Made by a program: the position numbers and the translations under genes
Notes under the pieces: generated by a model
What the model was told of the DNA's origin: nothing
Database searches by the model: none
The model's input: only the letters and a program-made list of their open reading frames with translations
Shown: one piece after another, positions 1-8,804 of the stretch
Position numbering within the stretch: the stretch's first letter is position 1
Layout: every line of letters starts with the position of its first letter
Assembly (NCBI GenBank): GCA_963934255.1
Contig: CAWVXU010000055.1
Span: 1 to 18,627, forward strand
Origin: an uncultured Fibrobacterales bacterium
GTDB taxonomy: Bacteria > Fibrobacterota > Fibrobacteria > Fibrobacterales > CAWVXU01
DNA length: 18,627 bases
Direction: 5' to 3'

Positions 1-2
1 AA

Positions 3-650
3 AGCGCTTCCAATTTGGTCTCTGGGGCAAATGAAAATAACTTCCACTATATAAACACGAACTTAGGTCGAGATTTCCACACTAAAGAAATCGTTGATGT
101 GGCTCAAGCAAATAGCGGCTGTCCATGCCCTAAATGTGAAGCACCACTTGAGGCGACTCGTGGAATTGAAGTTGGAAATATTTTTCAGCTTGGAACAAAA
201 TTCTCTGAATCAATGGGCGCTCACTTTTTAGACTCACAAGGTAGGCGCCAAGCTATTATAATGGGCTGCTATGGCATTGGTGTCGGTCGTCTAATGGCAT
301 CTATAGCCGAAGAGCACCATGATGAAAATGGGATTATCTGGCCTAAAGAAGTTGCACCTTATCAAATCCACATAGTGACTTTAGGTAAAGATGAAGATTC
401 AATCAAAGCAAGTCAGGAAATTTATGATCAATTAACTCAGGCTGGCCTTGAAGTTCTTTGGGATGACCGCAATGAACGTCCTGGTGTGAAATTCAAGGAC
501 GCTGACCTTTGGGGTTGCCCTGTTCGTCTCGGCGTAGGTGGCAAGGGCCTTAAAGAAGGACTCGGCGAATGGAAGCTTCGCGCTACACAAGGTTTTGAAA
601 AAATCCCAATGAATGAACTTGCCGAAAAGGCGATTGCGTTTTGGAAATAA
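3..650 (+). CDS. proS: Prolyl-tRNA synthetase, C-terminal part (5' truncated by window edge)
   Basis: Motifs GANE..H (end of editing insert), RGIEVGNIFQLGTKFS, MGCYGIGVGR, GIIWP..APYQ and DDRNERPGVKFKDADL are typical of bacterial-type ProRS; frame is open back to the window start. Confidence 0.97.
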   Translation, partial: SASNLVSGANENNFHYINTNLGRDFHTKEIVDVAQANSGCPCPKCEAPLEATRGIEVGNIFQLGTKFSESMGAHFLDSQGRRQAIIMGCYGIGVGRLMASIAEEHHDENGIIWPKEVAPYQIHIVTLGKDEDSIKASQEIYDQLTQAGLEVLWDDRNERPGVKFKDADLWGCPVRLGVGGKGLKEGLGEWKLRATQGFEKIPMNELAEKAIAFWK

Positions 651-704
651 ATTTTATATTAACGGTTAAGGATTCAATCACCTGCATATGAGTATTTTAA
701 TATT

Positions 705-1886
705 TTGAAAACCACATTTTTCCTCTGCATTTTTAGCCTGACTCTTTTAATGAGTTGGGCTATTTCTTTTTCTCAAAACATTGGCACTAGCCCTTATCTT
801 GCCAAAACAGCCCCAATACAAATCCCTACTCAAGACACTATTCAAGTGATTGATTCGTTAATTTCAAACATGAACATTAAGGAAAAAGTTGGGCAAATGA
901 TTATTGTCTATCACGCTCCGAAAAGTTTTCTAAAAAAGCATGCTATCGGTGGCTCCATTATCATGCAGAATATGTTAAAAAAACATCTCACGCTAAGCCA
1001 GGAAATTAAAGCGATTCAAGAAGAATTCCCTATTGGTATATTCACAAGCATTGACCAAGAAGGCGGCAATGTTAATCGATTAAAAAAACTTAATGGATAC
1101 AAAAAGGTTCCTTCGCCTTTTAAGTTTTCTCAACTAGATAGCACAAACCAACAAAGGTTAATTGACTCTGTAAGTAAAGGAATGTATTACATTGGCCTTA
1201 ACCTCAACTTAGCTCCAGTTATTGATCCAAGTCACGACTCCCAAGGCAATATTACTTTGATGGGCCAAAAGGAACGAGCATTTGGGCGCACTCATGAAGA
1301 GATCGTAGTCAACGCCAAAAGTTTTTGTGAAGGCTTTAAAAGAAATGGTATTAGTAGTACAACCAAGCATTTCCCAGGCTACGACGTCAAGTCTAATAGT
1401 GATCACGATATCGCTGTTAGCCTAGCCGACTCGGCAGATATATATAGAAGAGCGCAAGTGTTTCAAAATCTCGCTAAGTGCAGTCCTTTTATCATGATGA
1501 GTTCAATCCAATACCCTAAGTTTGATGGCCTGCCCTCTGTATTTTCAAATAAAATGGTTAACCTCGCTAAAAAGTTAGCACCTGAGGCACTCATTATGAC
1601 AGATGATTTGTGGGGCGCAGCACTTCGTCACTACATTAACCCCAAAGCATCTCTTAAAGCGCGCCAATATCCTGACAAAGATTTCAAGCGACTTGCTCAA
1701 ATGGCTTTTCTCTCTGGGAATGATCTGTTTATGATTACTTATCCACAAAAGGCCTTGGTCATTCAGTCAAGTCTTGAATATTTGATCACTCGCTTTCCTA
1801 ACCTAGAATACCAGCTTGACCAAAGCATTCATAAAATTTTATTGCAAAAAGCTCGAATGGGACTTATTCAAGCTTTAAGGATATAA
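705..1886 (+). CDS. Secreted glycoside hydrolase family 3 (NagZ-like beta-N-acetylhexosaminidase), single domain
   Basis: Hydrophobic N-terminal signal, EKVGQM, SIDQEGGNVNRL, NLAPVID, ERAFG, KHFPG and IMTDDL (nucleophile Asp region). TTG start is uncertain. Confidence 0.88.
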   Translation: MKTTFFLCIFSLTLLMSWAISFSQNIGTSPYLAKTAPIQIPTQDTIQVIDSLISNMNIKEKVGQMIIVYHAPKSFLKKHAIGGSIIMQNMLKKHLTLSQEIKAIQEEFPIGIFTSIDQEGGNVNRLKKLNGYKKVPSPFKFSQLDSTNQQRLIDSVSKGMYYIGLNLNLAPVIDPSHDSQGNITLMGQKERAFGRTHEEIVVNAKSFCEGFKRNGISSTTKHFPGYDVKSNSDHDIAVSLADSADIYRRAQVFQNLAKCSPFIMMSSIQYPKFDGLPSVFSNKMVNLAKKLAPEALIMTDDLWGAALRHYINPKASLKARQYPDKDFKRLAQMAFLSGNDLFMITYPQKALVIQSSLEYLITRFPNLEYQLDQSIHKILLQKARMGLIQALRI

Positions 1887-2024
1887 TCTAATATTCGTAT
1901 GTAGTTAATGTTACATATAGACCTCTTTCATAAGTTTATACCCACCCTAAGCGATTGTGATTCAGGTAATCAAGCAAGCGTAGGGGTAAAAAAATAGCCC
2001 ACTCTCAAAAGAAATACACCACCA

Positions 2025-2156
2025 TTAATAGTTGCACTTGTTTCGATTTATTTACTTCTTGCAGGTTATTATAAAGAGTTCACTCTTCCATTAATTGTCA
2101 TCGGCGCCATACCTCTGACTATGATTGTTGCCGCTGTTGGTCACTTAATCACAGAT
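2025..2156 (+). pseudogene. Fragment of an AcrB/AcrD/AcrF-family RND permease (two TM helices)
   Basis: Frame 1998-2261, preceded by TAG at 1995 and with no start codon before the homologous segment, reads LIVALVSIYLLLAGYYKEFTLPLIVIGAIPLTMIVAAVGHLITD, matching the RND pattern 'IYLLL...F..PLI....IPLT.IG...GH'. Confidence 0.7.
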
Positions 2157-2202
2157 GAGCTTGGTAAAAAGGATTGGAATCACTTAATTCAATTGAGAAT
2201 CC

Positions 2203-2242
2203 AAACAAAAGGACCCCTATCAAATACGATAGAGGTCCTTTT
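2203..2242 (-). terminator. Intrinsic terminator downstream of pssA
   Basis: AAAAGGACCCCTATC-AAATAC-GATAGAGGTCCTTTT; the single mismatch becomes a G-U pair on the minus strand; T-tract follows. Confidence 0.8.
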
Positions 2243-2272
2243 AAAATTTAAGTATCAATGAAAATTAAGCTG

Positions 2273-3082
2273 TTACTTTAGTTTTTCTTGATTGGAATTA
2301 GCAAGATCTTGAGTTTGCTGATTAATGACGCCTTTGTTAATCAAACCAAAAGCAAATCCAAAGAACGTATATCCCAATACACACGCCATGAGTAATTCAG
2401 GAAATTGCATACTAAACCCAAAGACATAGCAAAGTAGAATTGCGATGAGTTGAAACCCATTTACAAATTTGTTTTTGCGAGCTTTCAACTTAGAAAGGTA
2501 AAGAGGAGATACCATTAAAACACCTGTTGCAGCGACACAAACTAGAAGTGTTTGTAAAACCCAAGGGGTCTGAATCATATCATATTTAATTGCTAGAATA
2601 AATGCTAATGCATTAAAAGCACCCGCCAGAGTTGAAGGCATACCAGAGAAGTAATCAGGGTTTCCATCAGCATCCATTGCGTTGTACTTAGCAAGTCTCA
2701 TTGCAGCGCAGAGCATATAGACCGAAATTGCGGCAAAAACTGTTATACGATTGGAATCATACCACTCTGGTGCATATCCTTTAAAAGCAAAGATGGCTAA
2801 AAATGCCGGCGCCACACCAAATGCAATCAAATCAGCTAAGCTATCATATTGAGCTCCAAACTCACTAGAGGCATCAAATAACCTTGCAGCAAATCCATCG
2901 AGTTTGTCCAGTAATACACAGAACAAAATAAAATTTGCTGCTAGCGCTATGTGACTAAGGTCATTTGCACCATCAGTACTTGGTTGTAACCAGACTCCAG
3001 CTGCTACAAGTGGTGACCAGACTGCAAGTAAAAAACTCAGACTGGTAAAGGCGTTAGGAACGACGTATTTGGTATTTTTCAT
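2273..3082 (-). CDS. pssA: CDP-alcohol phosphatidyltransferase, PssA-like (CDP-diacylglycerol--serine O-phosphatidyltransferase)
   Basis: VPNAFT N-terminus, signature DKLDGFAARLFDASSEFGAQYDSLADLIAFGVAP, RLAKYN, YFSGMPS, LMVS; multiple TM helices. Exact alcohol acceptor not proven. Confidence 0.85.
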   Translation of the reverse strand: MKNTKYVVPNAFTSLSFLLAVWSPLVAAGVWLQPSTDGANDLSHIALAANFILFCVLLDKLDGFAARLFDASSEFGAQYDSLADLIAFGVAPAFLAIFAFKGYAPEWYDSNRITVFAAISVYMLCAAMRLAKYNAMDADGNPDYFSGMPSTLAGAFNALAFILAIKYDMIQTPWVLQTLLVCVAATGVLMVSPLYLSKLKARKNKFVNGFQLIAILLCYVFGFSMQFPELLMACVLGYTFFGFAFGLINKGVINQQTQDLANSNQEKLK

Positions 3083-3490
3083 TTTACACTCTTTTCACTT
3101 TGACCTATTCTATAGATAAGGTCAGAAATTTCAATATCATTATGGAGGCGCATCTTGTCGGGCGCCAAACCTTTTTCTTTTGAACATTCTAATGCCACAT
3201 GATGAGCGGCTTCATTCAAGATGAATTTGCCTTGATAGGAATATTCAACACTACCATTACAAGAACATAAATATGCTGAATCCTCATGACTATAGACATA
3301 AAAATTTGTTCCACTTACGGCAGAGGTAGCTGTGACTGTTTGAATATTAAAATCCAAACCATGTCTAACTATGCTCAGTATTCCACCTTTTTTGTTTTCA
3401 ATTCTCAACTTCTTAAGTGTGTCCTTAGTAAGAACTACTAGCAAAGCTTGATAAAACAGCAAACAATAGATAAAAAACTAAACTTCTCAT
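3079..3490 (-). pseudogene. Disrupted secreted FecR-domain protein
   Basis: SD (AGGA) plus ATG at 3490 gives signal peptide MRSLVFYLLFAVLSSFASSSY then TAA at 3425. A different frame carries a FecR-like C-half (GGILSIV..FNIQTVTATSAVSGTNFYV..YLCSCNGSV) ending in an ATGA overlap with pssA. Confidence 0.65.
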
Positions 3491-3505
3491 ATCTCGTCCT
3501 GGATT

Positions 3506-3538
3506 AAAAAAAGAAGAAAGGGCCAAAGCCCCATCTTC
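3506..3538 (-). terminator. Intrinsic terminator after gyrA
   Basis: Minus strand GAAGATGGGGC-TTTG-GCCCTTTCTTC-TTTTTTT directly after the gyrA stop. Confidence 0.75.
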
Positions 3539-6143
3539 AATTTGAATCATCTGCTGATTCAGTTGAATCATCTGCTGATTCAGTTGAATCACTAGATTCT
3601 GTCGTTTCAGCAAGTTCATTAGACTCAACTAGAACTACTTCCGCTTCGATGACATTGCCATCAGCATCCAGAGTTGGAACAATTTCTACTGCAGCTTCAA
3701 CTAATTCATCTTCAGATCCGAAATGTTCTTCTTTAAGAATTGCAACGTCCATCACGGCATCACTTTCTCTAAGACGAATCACACGAACCCCTTGAGAAGA
3801 ACGACCATAAGTCGAAACATCGGCAACCGGAGTGCGAATGATAGTACCGTTTTTGGTAGTCACAATGAGGTCAGATGATTCTTCAACAGCAGATACGTTG
3901 ACTGCACGTCCTGTTTTCTCAGAAATCTTAATATTGCGAATCCCTTTGCCACCACGATTGGTCACACGGTATTCTTCAATTTCAGAGCGCTTACCATAAC
4001 CATGTTCAGTCACAGTGAATACTTTTTTATCACCTTCAAGTACCAACATTGAGATCACATGGTCATCATCACCAAGACGAATACCACGTACACCGCGAGT
4101 TCCGCGACCCATTGCTCTAAAGGCCGAAGGTTCAAATACAATGGATTGACCATCAGCAGTAGCAAGCATCAAGTTGAAATTAAGATCAGCTGCAAGAGCT
4201 GTGACTAGAGTATCACCTTCATCTAGAGTGATTGCATTGACGCCACCTTTACGAGGACGACTAAATAGATTCACATCCATTTTATTGATCGTACCGTTTT
4301 TGGTAGCCATCATGATGTAATGACCCTCAGTGAATTCAGAAACTGGAACGATAGCCGAAACATTTTCGTTTTCTTGAAGGTCGATCATGTTCACAATCGC
4401 TTTACCACGACTTTGACGAGTCACTTCAGGTATATGGAAAACTTTCATCCAATGAACACGACCAAGGTCTGTAAATACTAGAAGAAAACTATGGTTACTT
4501 GCAACAAAAAGTGATTTAACAAAATCTTCTTCTTTTAATTTTGAACCCGTTACACCAACACCACCGCGACCTTGAGCTTTATAAGTATCAACAGGCATAC
4601 GTTTGATATAACCTGTGTTTGATAATGAAATCACCATCGGATCATTAGGGATTAAATCTTCGATATCAATATCATCAAGAGCTTCTTCAATTGAAGTACG
4701 ACGAGTATCACCAAATTTCTCAAGAACTTCATCAAGGCGCTCCACGATGATAGCCATACGACGAGGTTTGTTCGCTAGGATGTCTTCAAGGTCAGCAATA
4801 AGGATCATGAGTTCTTGATATTCATTTTCAATTTTATCAACATCGAGTTGAGTCAACTGACCAAGACGCATCGCAACTACTTTATCAGCTTGGATATCTG
4901 ATAATTCAAAAGTCTCTTGAAGTTTTTTCTTGGCTTCGTCTTGAGAGGCTGATGCTTTAATCAATTTCACTACTTCATCAATATTGGCTTGAGCAATTCT
5001 CAAACCTTCAAGGATATGAGCGCGAGCAGCAGCTTTAGCACGCTCAAACTCAGTCTTGCGAACAACAATTTCATGACGATGATCTACATAGTGACGAATC
5101 ATGTCTTTGAGAGTCAAAAGTGTAGGCTGTTTGCGAACAAGCGCCAAATTATAGATACTGAAATTATCTTGAAGTTGGGTGTATTTATATAAGTGATTGA
5201 GGATGACTTCATGCATGACATCACGACGAAGTTCAATTACTATGCGCATACCATCACGGTCAGACTCATCACGAAGATCAGTAATTCCTTCAACACGCTT
5301 CTCACGTACAAGGCCAGCAATTTTCTCCAGGAGATTTGCTTTATTGACTTGGTATGGGATCTCTGTGACAACAATGCGTTCTTTGCCATTGGCCATCTGC
5401 TCAATGTGATGACGTGAACGAACCGTCACTCTGCCGCGACCTGTCAAATAAGCAGAACGAATTCCAGCACGACCGTGAATGATTCCACCAGTTGGAAAGT
5501 CAGGGCCACTGACGTGGTTGATTAACTCTTCGGGTTCAATATCAGGGTTTTCAATATATGCTTTAGTCGCATTAATGACTTCAGTCATATTGTGCGGCGC
5601 CATGTTAGTGGCCATACCAACAGCGATACCTGTTGAACCATTGACGATAAGGTTGGGAAAAGCTGCAGGCAGCACAGAAGGTTCTGATTCTGTTTCGTCA
5701 TAGTTATTGACATAATCAACAGTCTCTTTATCGATCTCTTCGAGCATCATTTCAGCATAACGAGCCATACGAGCCTCGGTGTAACGCATCGCAGCTGGTG
5801 AGTCACCATCTACAGAGCCAAAGTTACCTTGACCATCAACCATTGGATAACGAAGTGAAAAATCTTGAGCCATACGAACGAGTGTGTCATAGACAGCAGA
5901 GTCACCATGTGGGTGATACTTACCAATAACATCACCGACGATACGAGCTGACTTCTTATAGCCTTTGCTTGGATAAACACCCAAGTCATGCATCCCGTAT
6001 AATACTCGCCTGTGCACAGGCTTAAGGCCATCTCGTACATCTGGTAATGCACGAGATACAATCACGCTCATAGAATAGCGTAAGTAGCTGTCCTTCATGC
6101 TGTCTTCGATAAATAGTGATTCGATATTTTCAGTCATTGACAT
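3537..6143 (-). CDS. gyrA: DNA gyrase subunit A
   Basis: [35 protein letters not shown], catalytic AAMRYTE, GyrA-box QGRGGVG, beta-pinwheel repeats and acidic tail. Confidence 0.98.
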   Translation of the reverse strand: MSMTENIESLFIEDSMKDSYLRYSMSVIVSRALPDVRDGLKPVHRRVLYGMHDLGVYPSKGYKKSARIVGDVIGKYHPHGDSAVYDTLVRMAQDFSLRYPMVDGQGNFGSVDGDSPAAMRYTEARMARYAEMMLEEIDKETVDYVNNYDETESEPSVLPAAFPNLIVNGSTGIAVGMATNMAPHNMTEVINATKAYIENPDIEPEELINHVSGPDFPTGGIIHGRAGIRSAYLTGRGRVTVRSRHHIEQMANGKERIVVTEIPYQVNKANLLEKIAGLVREKRVEGITDLRDESDRDGMRIVIELRRDVMHEVILNHLYKYTQLQDNFSIYNLALVRKQPTLLTLKDMIRHYVDHRHEIVVRKTEFERAKAAARAHILEGLRIAQANIDEVVKLIKASASQDEAKKKLQETFELSDIQADKVVAMRLGQLTQLDVDKIENEYQELMILIADLEDILANKPRRMAIIVERLDEVLEKFGDTRRTSIEEALDDIDIEDLIPNDPMVISLSNTGYIKRMPVDTYKAQGRGGVGVTGSKLKEEDFVKSLFVASNHSFLLVFTDLGRVHWMKVFHIPEVTRQSRGKAIVNMIDLQENENVSAIVPVSEFTEGHYIMMATKNGTINKMDVNLFSRPRKGGVNAITLDEGDTLVTALAADLNFNLMLATADGQSIVFEPSAFRAMGRGTRGVRGIRLGDDDHVISMLVLEGDKKVFTVTEHGYGKRSEIEEYRVTNRGGKGIRNIKISEKTGRAVNVSAVEESSDLIVTTKNGTIIRTPVADVSTYGRSSQGVRVIRLRESDAVMDVAILKEEHFGSEDELVEAAVEIVPTLDADGNVIEAEVVLVESNELAETTESSDSTESADDSTESADDSN
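3542..3591. repeat. 21-bp tandem repeat (2 full copies plus 8 bp) in the gyrA acidic tail
   Basis: TTGAATCATCTGCTGATTCAG at 3542-3562 and 3563-3583, then TTGAATCA; encodes (DSTESAD)2. Confidence 0.9.
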
Positions 6144-6154
6144 CCCTTTTCCTT

Positions 6155-6955
6155 CTAAATTGAAGCAAATTTATGTGTAAAATCTATTAAGTCTTTACTC
6201 AAGCGATTAAGTTCTTGAGCGTCCCCTTGATCCAAAGTCAGTGGCGTAATCGTCACGAAACCTTGATTTTGTTCAAAATCATCTGTGCCGGGTACCATCG
6301 TACCTTCGGGCTTCATCCCTTTAAGATTGTAGGATGCACCTACTTCAAGTCCCTCTGGGAAATAATTATCTTCATACATCACCTGCCCCATAGCGCAAAA
6401 CTTGACGCCTTTCGAAGTCTTAGTGGTACCCTCTTGACTTAAATCAGGAAGGTTGATGTTCCAGTATTTACCAGCAGGGATGTTTTTAAAAATTTGGTCT
6501 TTGACAAACTCAGTCAACCATGAAACGCCATAGCCTAAATTTTCTGCAGAAAAATTGACTGCAGAAATGGCAATGCTTGGAACCTGCATGAGTGCTGCTT
6601 CTCTAGCACCTGCTACAGTACCCGAATAGTAAACCGCAACCCCTGTATTGAGCTGATTGTTGATACCAGATATTACGAGATCAAAGTTTTGGTCCTTAAA
6701 TAATTTACGAAAAGCAAACTTGACACAATCGGCAGGCGTTCCATCAATGGTGTAAAAATCTAAGCCATCAAAATCATCATGAAGTAACTGATTGTATGAG
6801 AGAGAAGAGTAAAAAGTAAAAGCATGTCCGACACCACTTTGCTGCTTGTTGGGAACCACAACACTTACATCGCAAAATTCACCCAGAGCACGCGCTAAAG
6901 GAACTAAGACGGCTGAATCGATACCATCATCATTGGTTATTAAAACTCGTGTCAT
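6155..6955 (-). CDS. surE: 5'/3'-nucleotidase SurE
   Basis: [54 protein letters not shown] at 6955 follows GGAGAG SD. Confidence 0.96.
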   Translation of the reverse strand: MTRVLITNDDGIDSAVLVPLARALGEFCDVSVVVPNKQQSGVGHAFTFYSSLSYNQLLHDDFDGLDFYTIDGTPADCVKFAFRKLFKDQNFDLVISGINNQLNTGVAVYYSGTVAGAREAALMQVPSIAISAVNFSAENLGYGVSWLTEFVKDQIFKNIPAGKYWNINLPDLSQEGTTKTSKGVKFCAMGQVMYEDNYFPEGLEVGASYNLKGMKPEGTMVPGTDDFEQNQGFVTITPLTLDQGDAQELNRLSKDLIDFTHKFASI

Positions 6956-6974
6956 GCACTCTCCATTGTATTGG

Positions 6975-7051
6975 TGCAAATTTAGTTTTTTTGTGAATAA
7001 ATCGCACCTAAATTTGTAGCCATTGTTATAATGGGGTTTTTATTATATTTG
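6975..7051. promoter_or_regulatory. Divergent promoter region for surE-gyrA and hisS-queF-serC
   Basis: TAAATTTGCA on minus (6984-6975); TAAATTTG (7009-7016), TGnTATAAT (7024-7032) and TATATTTG (7044-7051) on plus. Confidence 0.5.
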
Positions 7052-7091
7052 CAGGAAAAGAATACTGGAAAATTTGAACTCGGAGGGCTTC

Positions 7092-8354
7092 GTGGCCATT
7101 CAGACACCCAAAGGAACACGCGACTTCTACCCAGAAGACCAAGCTGTTCAGGATTATATATTCGACAAATGGCGGCAAGCCTGTCTTGATTTCGGATATG
7201 AAGCCTATGAGGGACCTACTTTTGAACACCTAGAGCTCTACACAGGTAAATCTGGCGACGAAATTATCTCACAGCTCTATAATTTCACATCAAAAGGTGA
7301 TGTTGAGTTAGCACTTCGCCCAGAAATGACCCCCACACTAGCCCGTTTGATCAATCAAAAAGGCAATCAGATCAGAAAACCCTGTAAATGGTTCTCTATA
7401 CCACGCTTATTTCGTTATGAAAAAGCTCAAAAAGGTCGACTTCGTGAGTTCTTTCAACTCAATATGGATATCTTAGGCACAGACGAAATTACCGCTGAAG
7501 TCGATTTACTTCTAGCTATTGACCATTTACTCCGTTCATTTGGGCTCACTGACGAACATTTTGTTATGGGAGTGAGTTCAAGAAGACTACTAGCAGGCCT
7601 ACTTGAAGAGCTAGAAATCACTGAGCCTACCGCCGTCTATGCAGCACTCGACAAACGTCAAAAAGTCGGATCTGAGAAATTTACCACGCTACTCACTGAT
7701 GCCGGACTAAGTCCCGATAACATTGAGTTTCTAGATAAATTAATGGCCTCAACGACACTTACAGAGCTCAAAGAATATTGTCGCGGAGAGAAGTCCTTGG
7801 CTGCCCATTTAGAGCTTGAAACACTATTTAATACACTCTCCAATTTGGGTGTTCAAAGTTTCAAATTAGACCTCAACGTGGTACGCGGACTGGCTTACTA
7901 TACCGGCATCGTTTTTGAAGTATTCAACAAAAAACAAGCCATGAGAGCCGTCGCTGGTGGAGGTCGATATGATGACCTTTGTCAAAAACTCGGTGGCAAG
8001 GCAGTCACTGGAGTGGGCTTTGGCATGGGTGATGTCGTTCTCAAAGATATGTTAGAAGAAAATGGACTCGCTACTTGTGATGAACTTGCTGGCCCTGATT
8101 TTTATATTGTTCGTTTTGATAAAGATGTGACACAGTGTTTCGGGCTTGCTCGAGAGCTTCGCTCGCAAGGTAAAAGTGTCAGTCATAACCTTCAAGGACA
8201 AAAAATCCAAAAACAACTGGAAAATGCCTCGCGTCTCGGCGCCAAATATGTCGTTTTTATGGACTCAGAATCAAGTACCAATGATCAATACGACATGAAA
8301 AATTTAAAAACCGGTGAACAAAGCGTATGCGCGCTTGACGCCATATCAATCTAG
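7092..8354 (+). CDS. hisS: Histidyl-tRNA synthetase
   Basis: PKGTRDF, LRPEMTP, FRYEKAQKGRLREFFQ, VRGLAYYTGIVFE, GGGRYD, GFGMG and a C-terminal anticodon-binding domain; GTG at 7092 follows GGAGG. Confidence 0.96.
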   Translation: MAIQTPKGTRDFYPEDQAVQDYIFDKWRQACLDFGYEAYEGPTFEHLELYTGKSGDEIISQLYNFTSKGDVELALRPEMTPTLARLINQKGNQIRKPCKWFSIPRLFRYEKAQKGRLREFFQLNMDILGTDEITAEVDLLLAIDHLLRSFGLTDEHFVMGVSSRRLLAGLLEELEITEPTAVYAALDKRQKVGSEKFTTLLTDAGLSPDNIEFLDKLMASTTLTELKEYCRGEKSLAAHLELETLFNTLSNLGVQSFKLDLNVVRGLAYYTGIVFEVFNKKQAMRAVAGGGRYDDLCQKLGGKAVTGVGFGMGDVVLKDMLEENGLATCDELAGPDFYIVRFDKDVTQCFGLARELRSQGKSVSHNLQGQKIQKQLENASRLGAKYVVFMDSESSTNDQYDMKNLKTGEQSVCALDAISI

Positions 8355-8362
8355 GAGATATT

Positions 8363-8773
8363 ATGAGTGATTATAGTTCAGAAAGCAGTTACGAAGGCCT
8401 TCAACAGCATGTTCCATCTATGGAAACACCTGAAATTGAACGCTTTGAATTCCAATACCCAGGTTCAAACACTGATTTAGCAGTGAATATCCCTGAATTT
8501 TCATGCTTTTGCCCTAAAACGGGGCTGCCTGATTATGCCACAATTGAAATTGATTACCGTCCTAACAAATACTGTTTAGAATTAAAAAGCTTAAAAGAAT
8601 ACATATTCTTTTATCGCGACATTGGTATCTTTCATGAACACGTTGTGAATCGTATTTTAAACGACTGTGTTAAAGGAGTCGAACCGGTCGAAATGACGGT
8701 GACAGGAATCTTTAATGCACGTGGCGGAATCCAAACTACAGCAGTCGCTACCTATCATAACGAAGAAGTTTAA
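8363..8773 (+). CDS. queF: NADPH-dependent preQ0 (7-cyano-7-deazaguanine) reductase, unimodular type
   Basis: PEFSCFCPKTGLPD (catalytic Cys and Asp), QueF motif ELKSLKEY, FHE, FNARGGI; AGGAG SD. Confidence 0.95.
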   Translation: MSDYSSESSYEGLQQHVPSMETPEIERFEFQYPGSNTDLAVNIPEFSCFCPKTGLPDYATIEIDYRPNKYCLELKSLKEYIFFYRDIGIFHEHVVNRILNDCVKGVEPVEMTVTGIFNARGGIQTTAVATYHNEEV

Positions 8774-8804
8774 TAAGCACTATGTGCCAAAACAAAGGGA
8801 AAAA

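Noticed and set aside
3425..3628. 67-aa ORF with QLNQQMI repeats
   Set aside because: Alternate frame of the gyrA 21-bp repeat crossing a terminator; only its last 21 codons (signal peptide from ATG 3490) look real.
5860..5920. Possible quinolone-resistance substitutions in GyrA
   Set aside because: [11 protein letters not shown] keeps Ser and Asp at the E. coli 83 and 87 equivalents.
4615..6061. Several 67-83 aa ORFs within gyrA
   Set aside because: Antisense or off-frame shadows of a conserved gene with no recognisable motifs.
3537..6143. parC assignment, since no gyrB is adjacent
   Set aside because: GyrA-box QGRGGVG and a full pinwheel are present; unlinked gyrA and gyrB are common.
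7074..8354. hisZ assignment
   Set aside because: Full HisRS catalytic motifs and the anticodon-binding domain are present.
8715..8804. N-terminal extensions in the ORF track (serC here; likewise surE, metA, metY, hisS)
   Set aside because: Downstream starts have SD-like sites and coincide with the family N-termini.
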